A stretch of 64,000 bases of DNA from Octopus sinensis (lineage: Eukaryota): assembly GCF_006345805.1 (NCBI RefSeq), contig NC_043014.1, positions 47,926,001-47,990,000 of the forward strand, in the 5' to 3' direction. A program made the translations under genes and the position numbers. Shown here in pieces: positions 24,478 to 34,689 of this stretch; position 1 is the first letter of the stretch, and the number at the start of each line of letters is the position of its first letter. Under the pieces are notes generated by a model. It worked only from the letters and a program-made list of their open reading frames with translations, was not told the DNA's origin and did no database searches.

Positions 24478-24978
24478 GCCTCTTCTCCTTATCTCCTCAA
24501 AGACATACAGCATCTCGAAAGAGTCCAGAGGCTGGCTACCCGCATGGTTCATGGTCTCAAAAATTTGTCCTACGAAGAAAGGCTGAGGACGCTCGACCTT
24601 TATTCTCTTAAAAAACGCCGCCGCCGTGGTGATCTCATTCTCGCAAACAACATCATAAGCGGGAAGTGTAACCTCTCGAAAGAGCTGTTCTTCACTCCTG
24701 CTCCGGAGCGTCGGCTGCGGGGTCATTCCGAAAAGCTCTACCTGCGACGATTTCATCTCAATCAAAGGAGAGGAGCTTTCTCCGTCCGGGTTGCGGATCT
24801 GTGGAACAAGCTGCCAGACGAGATGGTGAAGATGCCGACGACCGCTTTGTTCAAAGCCTCCCTGGACCTCAAGTGGCCTGAACTCTTTACATGAACACCA
24901 CCCTGTACTTAACTCCATGTCCCCCTACATGGCCTTGCTATTTGCTTTTGAGCCAAATTAACTAACTAACTAACTAAC
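24478..24978 (+). mobile_element. Young 5'-truncated CR1-clade LINE (ORF2 C-terminus, 3' UTR, (CTAA)n tail)
   Basis: Stop-free SPYLLKDIQHLERVQRLATRMVHGLKNLSYEERLRTLDLYSL..RRRGDLI..RGHSEKL..FSVRVADLWNKLP to stop 24894; tail AACTAACTAACTAAC; inserted in (TA)n. Confidence 0.93.
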
Positions 24979-25152
24979 ATATATATCAATGGTTGTTTAT
25001 ATGTTGCGCTATAAAAAAAATTTTTTACAGTAAACTGAAAGATTACTCAATACATTTTGTAGAGTATATATTTATTTTCGAAGTTTCAGCCTTCTTAGCC
25101 TTTATCAGACAGTCCTATATATGGCTGCACAAAGAACACAAATGGGGTTTAA

Positions 25153-25312
25153 CCTTTTCATTACCAACCCGGCTGAAACTGGCTCTTGCTCTGAGTACAA
25201 ATGTCTTGTTTTCATAAGCTTTGAATTAAAATCTTCCACCAAACCTTAGTCACAATTTATGTTCCTAACACTAGCTGAATGATAACTAAGTTATTTTACT
25301 AAATTCTTTGTT
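25153..25312 (-). mobile_element. piggyBac-like MITE P1, truncated
   Basis: TTAA|CCTTTTCATTACC; reverse complement of the 2931-3144 family; ends abruptly where the RTE begins. Confidence 0.75.
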
Positions 25313-25321
25313 GATCTGCTG

Positions 25322-26161
25322 GAAGTGCACACATGACAGAGTATAAGCACCCAGAGAGAAATGTTGGACATAAGAAGCATCAGAAGTGGTGTGCCAGAGA
25401 AATGACTGTGCTGGTATGGTCATGTGCTACGTATGGATAAGGAGAGCTGTGTGAAGATGTGTCACTCCCAAACAATAGAAGGAACCTGTGGAAGAGGGAG
25501 ACCCAGGAAGACATGGGATGAGGTGATGAAGCATGACCTTCGAACATTGGGCCACACAGAGGCAATGACAAAAGACCAAGACCTCTGGAAATATGCTGTG
25601 ATTGAGAAGACCCGGCAAGGAAAGTGAGATCACAGCCATAGCCTACACCAGTGTCGCATAACCAACCCTTTTAAAAAGCACCTTTGAATTGTCGGGCAAC
25701 ATTCTGTGCTTTAGGAAAGCTATTGAGTCAAGTAAATCAAAATCAAATAGAAATTGTAGTTGTGGCTATTACCAGTGCTGGTGGCACACAATAAGCAACA
25801 TTCATTCATGCATAGGTCATTGCCAGATCCGCCTGACTGGTTCCCCGTGCCAGTGACACGTAAAAAGCACCATCCGAACGAGGTCAATGCCAGCTCCCAC
25901 TGCCCTGACTGGCTCTTCTGCCAGTGGCACATAAAAAGCACCATCCAAACGTGGCCAATGCCAGTGCCACCTGACTGGTTCCTGTGTCGGTGGTACATAA
26001 AAAGCACCCACTACACTTTCGGAGTGGTTGGCATTAGGAAGGGCATCCAGCTATAGAAACATTGCCAGATCAGATTGAAGCCGGTGCAGCCAACTGGCTT
26101 GCCAGTCCCCAGTCAAACCAACCAACCCCTGCCAGCATGGTAAACGGACATTAAACAATGA
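25322..26161 (+). mobile_element. 5'-truncated RTE LINE: ORF2 end (to 25627) plus 3' UTR with tandem units
   Basis: LCWYGHVLRMDKESCVKMC..GRGRPRKTWDEVMKHDL..LWKYAVIEKTRQGK*, continuous with the GTGGCACRTAAAAAGCACC repeats and the common tail. Confidence 0.88.
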
Positions 26162-27087
26162 GGATTTAGAGTAATCGAAAGAAACACAGAGCATCTCAAA
26201 ACAAAATGGTTAAAATCTTTTCCATACTTAACGCTGCACCTAGAACAAATCCCAAATCAGATCTACAATTAGATTTGGTACTTACAATATCCTACCAACA
26301 AATGACACCTTCATGGCTGTTTTACCTCACAGTGAACCCGATATTATTGTACCTAGCTATTTCTGGTATCCTATGTATTGATAGGTGAGAGGGGTTAATA
26401 AATTTCCTTAAAGCACAATTATATCACACTGAATCATCATCCTTCATGCAATCAATTTAAACAAACAGCATCGTCTCTAGTGGCAGATTGAACCTGTAAT
26501 GTTAGATCCACAGACTCACATAACAGTGGAAGGAAGGGGTAGTTTGCTGAGTGGTAGCAGTGGTGCTAGTGGTAGTTATGATGATGATGATGGTGGTGGT
26601 GGTGGTGATATAGTTAGTAATTGTGATGTTGAAAGAGACAGACTACTGAGAATCCAACATCAATTTCAATTACCAGGAAGGAAAAATATTTCTTTGTATT
26701 TGAATCATTAATGGATTGGTAGAATTAATTAATTAACTGACCTATAAACTTATGTGCCATTATGTTCTGAGTTCAAATCTCACTAGGGTTAACTTTGACT
26801 TTTAAGGTCTACCACTACCCTCTAGAAAACTTATGGCCCTTGCATTTGTATGTTGTCGTTATTGTCTAATCTGAGCATGCTCGTGTAGGCCTTGGAAGGA
26901 CAGATTGGAGAAGGCAGTTGCCCTTGGTAGTTCAGGGTGATCCAAGTTTTGTAGGGTTTCCTTGATAGACCCTACATAGATGTTCCATTATAAGGAGAAA
27001 TTTATCTGTTGAAATTTTATTGCTAGCTTTGTTATTAATTTTTGTGTCTTGGGGCTAATAAAGAAAATATTATTATTATTATTATAT

Positions 27088-27850
27088 ATTAAGGTAACAA
27101 GCTGACAGATTACATAGACATGGGTTAATGTAATGAACCAGCTCCTCTCCTCATCCAAATTTCAGGCTTTATGCCTATAGTAGAAAGGATGATTATTATT
27201 ATTATTATTATTATTAATCATGATCATCATTATTATTAAGAAGGTGGCAAGCTGGTAGAATAGTTAGCACTCCAAACAAAATGTTTAGCAACATTTCTTT
27301 CAGTTTTACATCCTGAGTTCAAATTTGCCTTTCAACCTTTCGAGATCAATGAAGTACCAGTTAAGCACCAGGATTAGGGGTGCAGGGGACACTGTAATCA
27401 ACTAGGTTCCTCCCAAAAAATTTCAGGCGTTGCACCTACAGTAGAAAGGATTATTATTAAGGCAGCAAGCTGGCAGAACTGTAAAAAGTATCATAAAATG
27501 TTTTGCAGCATCTGTTCCAACTCCTTATATCCCAACAGGGTCGACTTTTGTCTCTCACCCCCTCTGAAGGCGATAAGGTGCCAGTCAATAACTGGAGGTT
27601 GATGGTATCAACTAACCATCGCCCACTCGAAAATTTTGAGCTTGTGCTAAAATTAGGCAGTGAAGGGGCAGAATCATTACAGCATCAGACAAAATGCTAC
27701 ACTGCATTCCTTCTTGCTCTTTACATTCAAATTCCACCAAAGTCAAACTTACTTTCCACCCATTCAGGGTCAATGAAATAATGATATCAATCACATGTTA
27801 GAAACCAATACAATCAACTAACTCTTCTTCCAAACTGCTGGCCTTGTAAA
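27088..27850 (+). mobile_element. Head-to-tail train of four old family-A-like SINEs
   Basis: Heads AAGG(T/C)(A/G)..AAGCTG..AGAA at ~27088, 27239, 27458, 27655; the first two end in AGTAGAAAGGAT+(ATT)n directly before the next head. Confidence 0.65.
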
Positions 27851-27877
27851 GGATGTACATGCGCTAGGAGGAACCCT

Positions 27878-28218
27878 AGTGAAGGAGCACGGCTCAATGG
27901 TTAGAGCATCAGGCTTACAGTCATGAGGTAGTGAGTTCGATTCTTGGACTGGGCTGTGTGTTGTGTTCTTGAGCAAGACACTTTATTTCACATTGCTCCA
28001 GTTCACTCAGATGTAGAAATGAGTTATGACATCACTGGTTCCAAGCTGTATCAGCCTTTGCCATTCCTTTGGATAACATCGGTGGCATGGAAAGGAGGGG
28101 GGCTGGTATGCATGGGTGACTGCTGGTCTTCTATAAACAACCTTGCCCAGACTAGAGCCACAAGGGTAACTTCCTAGGTGCAATCCCATAGTCATTCATG
28201 ACCAAAAGGAGTCTCCAC
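27878..28218 (+). mobile_element. tRNA-derived SINE family C
   Basis: GGCTCAATGGTTAGAGC, GAGTTCGATTCT, GTGTTCTTGAGCAAGACACTTT core; 14-bp TSD CTAGGAGGAACCCT (27864-27877 / 28219-28232). Confidence 0.88.
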
Positions 28219-29598
28219 CTAGGAGGAACCCTCAGCAATGATAAGGACTAGGATCTAAAACAAGTGCAAGGGGGTTCTATCATAGTTGTGCTTTGTTCAT
28301 ATTTAAGGGCTACGAAGTGCAGCAATTGGGAGTGTGCTATAGCTGGAAATCAAAGCTAAAGGTTACCAGACACTCAGTACTGTCCCACAGCACTCATCAT
28401 CAAATCTTTGTCATGGACTCCTCTCTAACTTGAGTAAATTATCTACCTGGTGGAGGGGTGATGAGATGGGCTGTTTAATACAGTAGATCTAATGGCAAGG
28501 TGGGTCAACATAACTCATGGAACCATGTCAAGTACCAAGTACTAGAGTAGCTTATCTTTTCAACTGTCCTCTTCTGGTCCACAAGCTACCAAGACAGTAT
28601 TGCCACAGTTACCAGTAGTGAGTTACTACTTCTATCTTATACTACCTACCTATTTATAGCCAAATGGTCTGAGCTATTCCAGAGTTTAGTTTAATGGCCA
28701 CAGACACACTATAGTGCTACCATCAATCATTTGCACACTGCCACTGTTATAACCAAACCACTACTTACTCCAACCACAGAAGAAACATCTGTAGGTCACC
28801 TAAATTCTCATGAAATGAGAATGCTAATGGCAAACGAGTGACGTAGGAAATGGACACACACACACATTGTAATCACCACCATCCCTAAGACTATGGTCAT
28901 TGAGTCCAGTAATAATTAACCTATAATTGCTAAGTCGAAAAATGAGTAAAAATCTCAAAGGGCCAGTGTAGTCGGTCAGCACTCCTGACAAAACAGTTCA
29001 TGTGATATGCTGACATTTCCATGTTGATCATGTGATATCTTGACATTCTACTAGGTTGGTCATGTAATAACATGTAATAAAGAGGATTTAAACTTGTTTA
29101 TTCAAGTTTAATATATGATGATATATATATAGGTTTTTATTGGACTGTTGTGGTCAGTCAGTACTCCTGAGTAACCAATGGATAATATGTCGTCATTTGA
29201 GTAGGGCAAACAGTACAACCGTACTCCTACACATCTACATGCAGTCATGTGACACATGAAGTTTACGTATCTTCAATGAATCATCAAGGTGGCTAACGGA
29301 ACTGAAAGTGGAGCACCCATGACATAAAAAAACCAACTGCGAGCACTAGTACATTTGTGAATGTGTGGGTTTGCACCCACACCTTTATTAAGGTCAGTAT
29401 GTCACTGTCTGTCTAAATAACCATGAAAAAAAACCAGCAGTGTGGTAAGAAATAGGAAGTTATCTTATGACCCAATAATATCAAACATGTAATATAGTTA
29501 CTGTGTTCCCTGAGTTGACATTATAACAAGTGGCTTAAGATAAAACAGATGCAGTATCAACACACATTAAAGTTTGAATGAATGTGTGTGTGTGTGTG

Positions 29599-29907
29599 TG
29601 TGTGGTAAGTAGCTTGCTTACCAGCCACATGGTCCCGGGTTCAGTCCCACTGTGTGGCACCTTGGGCAAGTGTCTTCTACTACAGCCTCGGGCTGACCAC
29701 AGCCTTGTGAGTGGATCTGGCAGACGGAAACTGAAGGAAGCCCGTTGTATATGTATATGTTTGTGTGTTTATGTCCCCATAACTTAGCAATTCAGCAAAA
29801 GAGACTGATAGAATAAGCACAAGGCTTACAAAGAATAAGTCCTGGGGTCGATTTGTTCGACTAAAGGCAGTGCTCCAGCATGGCCACAGTCAAATGACTG
29901 AAACAAA
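29599..29907 (+). mobile_element. SINE family B
   Basis: GTGGTAAGTAGCTTGC..GGTTCAGTCCC..GACTGAAACAA. Confidence 0.85.
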
Positions 29908-29934
29908 TAATATATATATATATATATATATATA

Positions 29935-30294
29935 CATATTGCTTCTTTCAGTCATTAGACGATGGCCATGCTGGGGCACCCACATGAAGAATCTTAGTTG
30001 GATGAATTGACTTGAGTACTTTTTTTTTTAAAGCCTGGTACTTATTCCATCAGTCTATTTTGCTGAACAGCTAAGTTACAGGAACATAAACACACCAACA
30101 CCAGTTGTCAAACGGTATTGAAGAACAAACAAAGACACACATTAATACAACAGGCTTCTTTCAGTTTCCATCAACCAAATCCACTGACAAGGCTATAACA
30201 GAAGACACTTGCCAAAGATGCAGCCAGGAAGTGTGACTGAACCTAGAACCATCTGGTTGGGAAGCAAACATTTTACTACACAGCTACCCATGCG

Positions 30295-30331
<37 letters not shown>

Positions 30332-30686
30332 TGCTTCTTTCAGTCATTAGACGATGGCCATGCTGGGGCACCCACATGAAGAATCTTAGTTGGATGAATT
30401 GACTTGAGTACTTTTTTTTTTAAAGCCTGGTACTTATTCCATCAGTCTATTTTGCTGAACAGCTAAGTTACAGGAACATAAACACACCAACACCAGTTGT
30501 CAAACGGTATTGAAGAACAAACAAAGACACACATTAATACAACAGGCTTCTTTCAGTTTCCATCAACCAAATCCACTGACAAGGCTATAACAGAAGACAC
30601 TTGCCAAAGATGCAGCCAGGAAGTGTGACTGAACCTAGAACCATCTGGTTGGGAAGCAAACATTTTACTACACAGCTACCCATGCG

Positions 30687-30688
<2 letters not shown>
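29935..30688 (-). repeat. Tandem duplication of a 362-bp old SINE-B copy (period 392 bp), separated by (TA)n
   Basis: 29935-30296 and 30327-30688 read identically by eye, including the T10 run. Confidence 0.9.
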
Positions 30689-30745
<57 letters not shown>

Positions 30746-30877
30746 AAAACAATCAGACACTGAAAGATGGATAAATGAGTTTAATTCTTGTTTATTACAT
30801 ATCTATATCTAAGAGATGAGGAATTATGTCTTATTATTTACATTCGATGGATATTTGTCCTCATCTTGTTTGTTGTT

Positions 30878-30923
30878 AACACAACATTTCGGCTGATATA
30901 CCCTCAAGCCTTCTTCAGGTGTC
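30878..30923 (-). ncRNA. Minimal type I hammerhead ribozyme, mirror copy
   Basis: Exact reverse complement of 31187-31232. Confidence 0.75.
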
Positions 30924-31186
30924 TTGGGGAAATTTTGAACCTGGGTTCTCATTCCTAAGGTACTTTTCGATGTTATTATTATTATTGTTGAGATCACTGC
31001 TTGGAATCGAACTCAGAATCTTGGGGTTGGTAGCCTGCGCTCTTAACCACTACATGGCATAGTGGTTAAGAGCACAGGCTATTAACCCCAAAGATTCCAA
31101 GTTCGATTCCAAGCAGTGACCTGAACAATAATAATAACATCAAAAAATACCTTAGGAATGAGAACCCAGGTTCAAAATTTCCCCAA

Positions 31187-31232
31187 GACACCTGAAGAAG
31201 GCTTGAGGGTATATCAGCCGAAATGTTGTGTT
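31187..31232 (+). ncRNA. Minimal type I hammerhead ribozyme (Penelope-type)
   Basis: Stem I GACAC/GUGUU, core CUGAAGA, extra A, stem II GGCU..AGCC, GAAA, loopless stem III (AUGU), predicted cleavage after GUU (31227). Confidence 0.75.
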
Positions 31233-32031
31233 AACAACAAACAAGATGAGGACAAATATCCGTCAAATGTAAATAATGTAAATAATTGTTTATTACATGA
31301 CCAACATAGTGACATCACATGACTAACACAGAGGAGTGTCACCATATCACATGACTAACTCGACGAACTCTATTGATAATGAGGAGTTGGAAGGTTTAGA
31401 GCAATGTGTCTGGTATATTTATCTCAACTGCCAGACACTGGACTTGAACCTGCCATCTAGATGTTACCATTATGAAGCACAGAATTAAGAGGAACGGTCA
31501 TACAGCAGATCCTCAATAAGAGTTTGATCTCATAAAGAAACCATGCAGGAGTTAGAAGGTCCCACCCAGATACCAGGTTTCAAAATGGAGAGTAAATTAG
31601 GATTGAAATAAACAGAGAAACGAAAATATTATGCACGAGAGTTGGAATTCATCAAAGCTTGACTTCCTTCATCCTTCGTCTTGTAAATAATCCAACATCA
31701 CCAGCACCAACACCACCATCGTCACCGTCACCATATTCACTGCAGGACTATTTCTTACCGAAATCGACACCCCAAGACATTTTAGAATTTGAACCAGTTC
31801 TGTGATTAGTTACTTTATGTGACCCTGATTCCAACATTCCATCCTAAACACACTCTCCTCTCTCTAATTCCTCTCCCCTTCACCCTATCAGCACCAAACA
31901 CAAGAGCAGTCTGTGTCTAGAAACCATCTTCAACAGGTCATCAATGCCAGCTGTAACAGCGGACGTCTATCTATAGTTGTGAAGATCTCATAGAAACTGT
32001 GCTTACATAACCCACAAGGAAAAAAAAATAT

Positions 32032-32091
<60 letters not shown>

Positions 32092-33167
32092 TACATGGTC
32101 TACTCGCTTGTGTTTTGCCTGGTTGCTCCTGCTTGATGATGTAACCAGCTTCACTTGTAAACAGCTGATGAGGAAAATGAACAACAACAACAATAATAAT
32201 AGTATTAAAAAAAAAAAATTCACTTCAACAGGAGTGTTAAAGTTGGCCAATGTTTTCAAAATTCTAATAGCTTGCAAAGGTTATTGAAATAGCCTTGACT
32301 AGAGCTGGTGCTGGGACACAAGAGAAATGGTGAACACTTGCAGCAAAAATACATATAGTTTCACACATCTACATATATATATACACATATGCATGTATAC
32401 ATGTGTATACATAAACATGTATGTATAAAACAAGAGTGAAATAATTGCAAATACTGGAGAGAAATATCAGTTTTCTAACTGAAGTAATGTTGAGAATGTG
32501 GCAGTCTCTGGAGAGAAATTGTCATAGGGCAAATAGTTTGAGGGAGGAGGAAAAGAGAAGGAGAGAGAGAGAGAGAGAGAGAGAGAGCGCCGCAGAGAAT
32601 ACAAGAGTGTTGAAGTAAATATATACTGATAAGAAATAGAGATATGGTCACAGCTCACCACCATCTAGTCAACCATTGGATGTTATGTCTCAAACCTTAA
32701 ACAGTAGAGGACTTTAAAATAACATTACTGATAGTCACCGAAAACATAGAGATACACATAGAAATGGCAGCAGATTCCTCAGCAGTGACCAATGGAATTT
32801 GCCTGAAATCAGTAGAAGTATTCAAAGACAAACTCGAGATTAATTGTGGTTCTTTGAGAGATTACTGGCAGGCAGGCGGGAGCTGTTTGTTTGAAACTCA
32901 AGTCTCCAAGTTCATTTATACTAAATGTTCGAAGTTTCTCAGAGTCTTGACTAAACAATTTGATCACATGATACCATTACTATCTTAACTGCTGTCTCTC
33001 CTACACCCACACATTACCCCACCCACCCACCCATTCACAGTGTCAGAGCAAGAAACTTGTCAACAATATTTGTATTCATTCAGTGAACTCTGACAAACAC
33101 AAAATAAAAGAAGACCAGAACACACAAAGAATTTAAGAAGAATTGTGTACATGTGTTAGTTATAGCC

Positions 33168-33367
33168 TTTTACTTGTTTCAGTCATTTAACTGCGGCCAT
33201 GCTGGAGCACTGCCTTTAGTTAAATCAACCCCAGGACCTATCATTTGTAAGTCTAGTACTTATTCTATTGGTCTCTTATGCTAAGCCACTAAGGTACGGG
33301 TACGTAAACACACCAACATCGGTTATCAAACAATGGGGGAGGAGACAAACAGACACACACACACATT

Positions 33368-33411
<44 letters not shown>

Positions 33412-33589
33412 ATACACACACGTACGTACGATGGGCTTCTTTCAGTTTCTGTCTACCAAATCCACTCACAAGGCTTTGGTTGGCCCAAGGTTATAGTAAA
33501 AGACGCTTGCCCAAGGTGCCATACAGTGGAACTGAACCCAGAACCCTGTTGTTAGGAAGCAAGCTTCTTACCACATAGTCACTCCTGCT
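33168..33589 (-). mobile_element. SINE family B with internal (TA)n
   Basis: TTTTACTTGTTTCAGTCATT..GCGGCCATGCTGGAGCAC tail; head ..CCACATAGTCACTCCTGC. Confidence 0.85.
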
Positions 33590-33630
33590 ATGTGGTAACA
33601 CAAGTAGGGTTCAAATTTTGAAACACTTTG

Positions 33631-33672
33631 TGTTCTTATGTTTCAACCCGTTCTGGGTCTCTTCAGGTACAT
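33631..33672 (-). ncRNA. Decayed hammerhead-like core
   Basis: Minus: TGTAC CTGAAGA GACCC-agaac-GGGTT GAAA CATAA GAACA; stems I and III imperfect. Confidence 0.4.
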
Positions 33673-33718
33673 CAATAAAAAGTCTCACTAGAGATTTCTT
33701 GAGTCAGCTAATGTACCG

Positions 33719-33748
<30 letters not shown>

Positions 33749-33750
<2 letters not shown>

Positions 33751-34006
33751 CTAATGTAGGATAAAATTTTTTCGGAAAAAAAATTTTATCAATGGCCAGC
33801 ATATCAAAAAATACCTTTAAAGGTTAAATTTATAAATAATTTACAAAATAAGGGCAAAAGAAAAATTCTAATGCCAAATATGCCGAAAAAAAGACAAAAC
33901 TTTTCAATAACCATTATAGACGCATAAATTATAATGGTTATTGAAAAGTTTTGTCTCTTTTTCGGCATATTTGGCATTAGAATTTTTCTTTTGCCCTTAT
34001 CTTGTA
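33749..34006 (-). mobile_element. Fold-back element with 77-bp inverted arms and terminal hairpin
   Basis: 33842-33918 / 33930-34006 near-perfect inverted repeat (11-nt loop); the long arm runs to a hairpin at 33760-33790 and CCTACATTAG+(TA)n. Confidence 0.7.
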
Positions 34007-34689
34007 GGGAACTTGTCTCCCTTGTCAGTCATTAGAGAAGTGTTTCCCCATGGCTTTAGTCATGTCTATACTTGTGCCTTTTGGTTGCAAATTGTGAATT
34101 ACCCACCTTAATAATTTATATAGATAAATGAGTGCATATCTGCATACTTACAGCATAAAAACCAACAAACGACAACTCTAAGTCGCTCCAACATATTGAA
34201 GGCTCAAGTACCCAGCCTATCCTGGCATCCTACATGTTGACATATCTAGATTGTAACAAACTTTGCAACTGACCTCTGTGTTTGTGTATTTGCATCAGGA
34301 AGGGTATCCAACTGTAGAAATCATGCCAAAGCATGACAGTGCAGTTTGGCATAGTCTTCTCACTTGCCAGCTCCTGTCAAACCAGCTAACCAAGCCAGCA
34401 TAAAAGCGGATGTTAAATGAAGATAATTATATTGTTTATTTTCTATGGTTTGTTCCATGCTAGCATACGTTAGACATTTCAATGAGGCATTCTTTTTACA
34501 GTTGGCTGTCTCACCCGTCACTAACCCTTTACTTGCTTCGAATGCACAAAGTCAGCGATGACTCATTATCAAAAAAGAGATGACAACATCACCACCTGTA
34601 CCAGGGCAGGGCAGTTTTTTTTAGCATTGTAAATGTAAACAAACATGCACGCATACTTATGTGTGTGCACATGTATGTGTGTCCATCAT

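Larger units (their letters stand above)
30801..31285. mobile_element. Palindromic tRNA-headed hammerhead element (head-to-head arms)
   Basis: Arms 30801-31052 and 31060-31285 around a 7-nt loop; A box TGGCATAGTGG 31055-31065, B box AGTTCGATTCC 31100-31110; 13-bp direct repeat TTGTTTATTACAT at 30788-30800 and 31286-31298. Confidence 0.85.

Noticed and set aside
31520-31640. Possible RT relic (SKLGLK..TKIL)
   Set aside because: Only one weak motif across frameshifts; insufficient to call.
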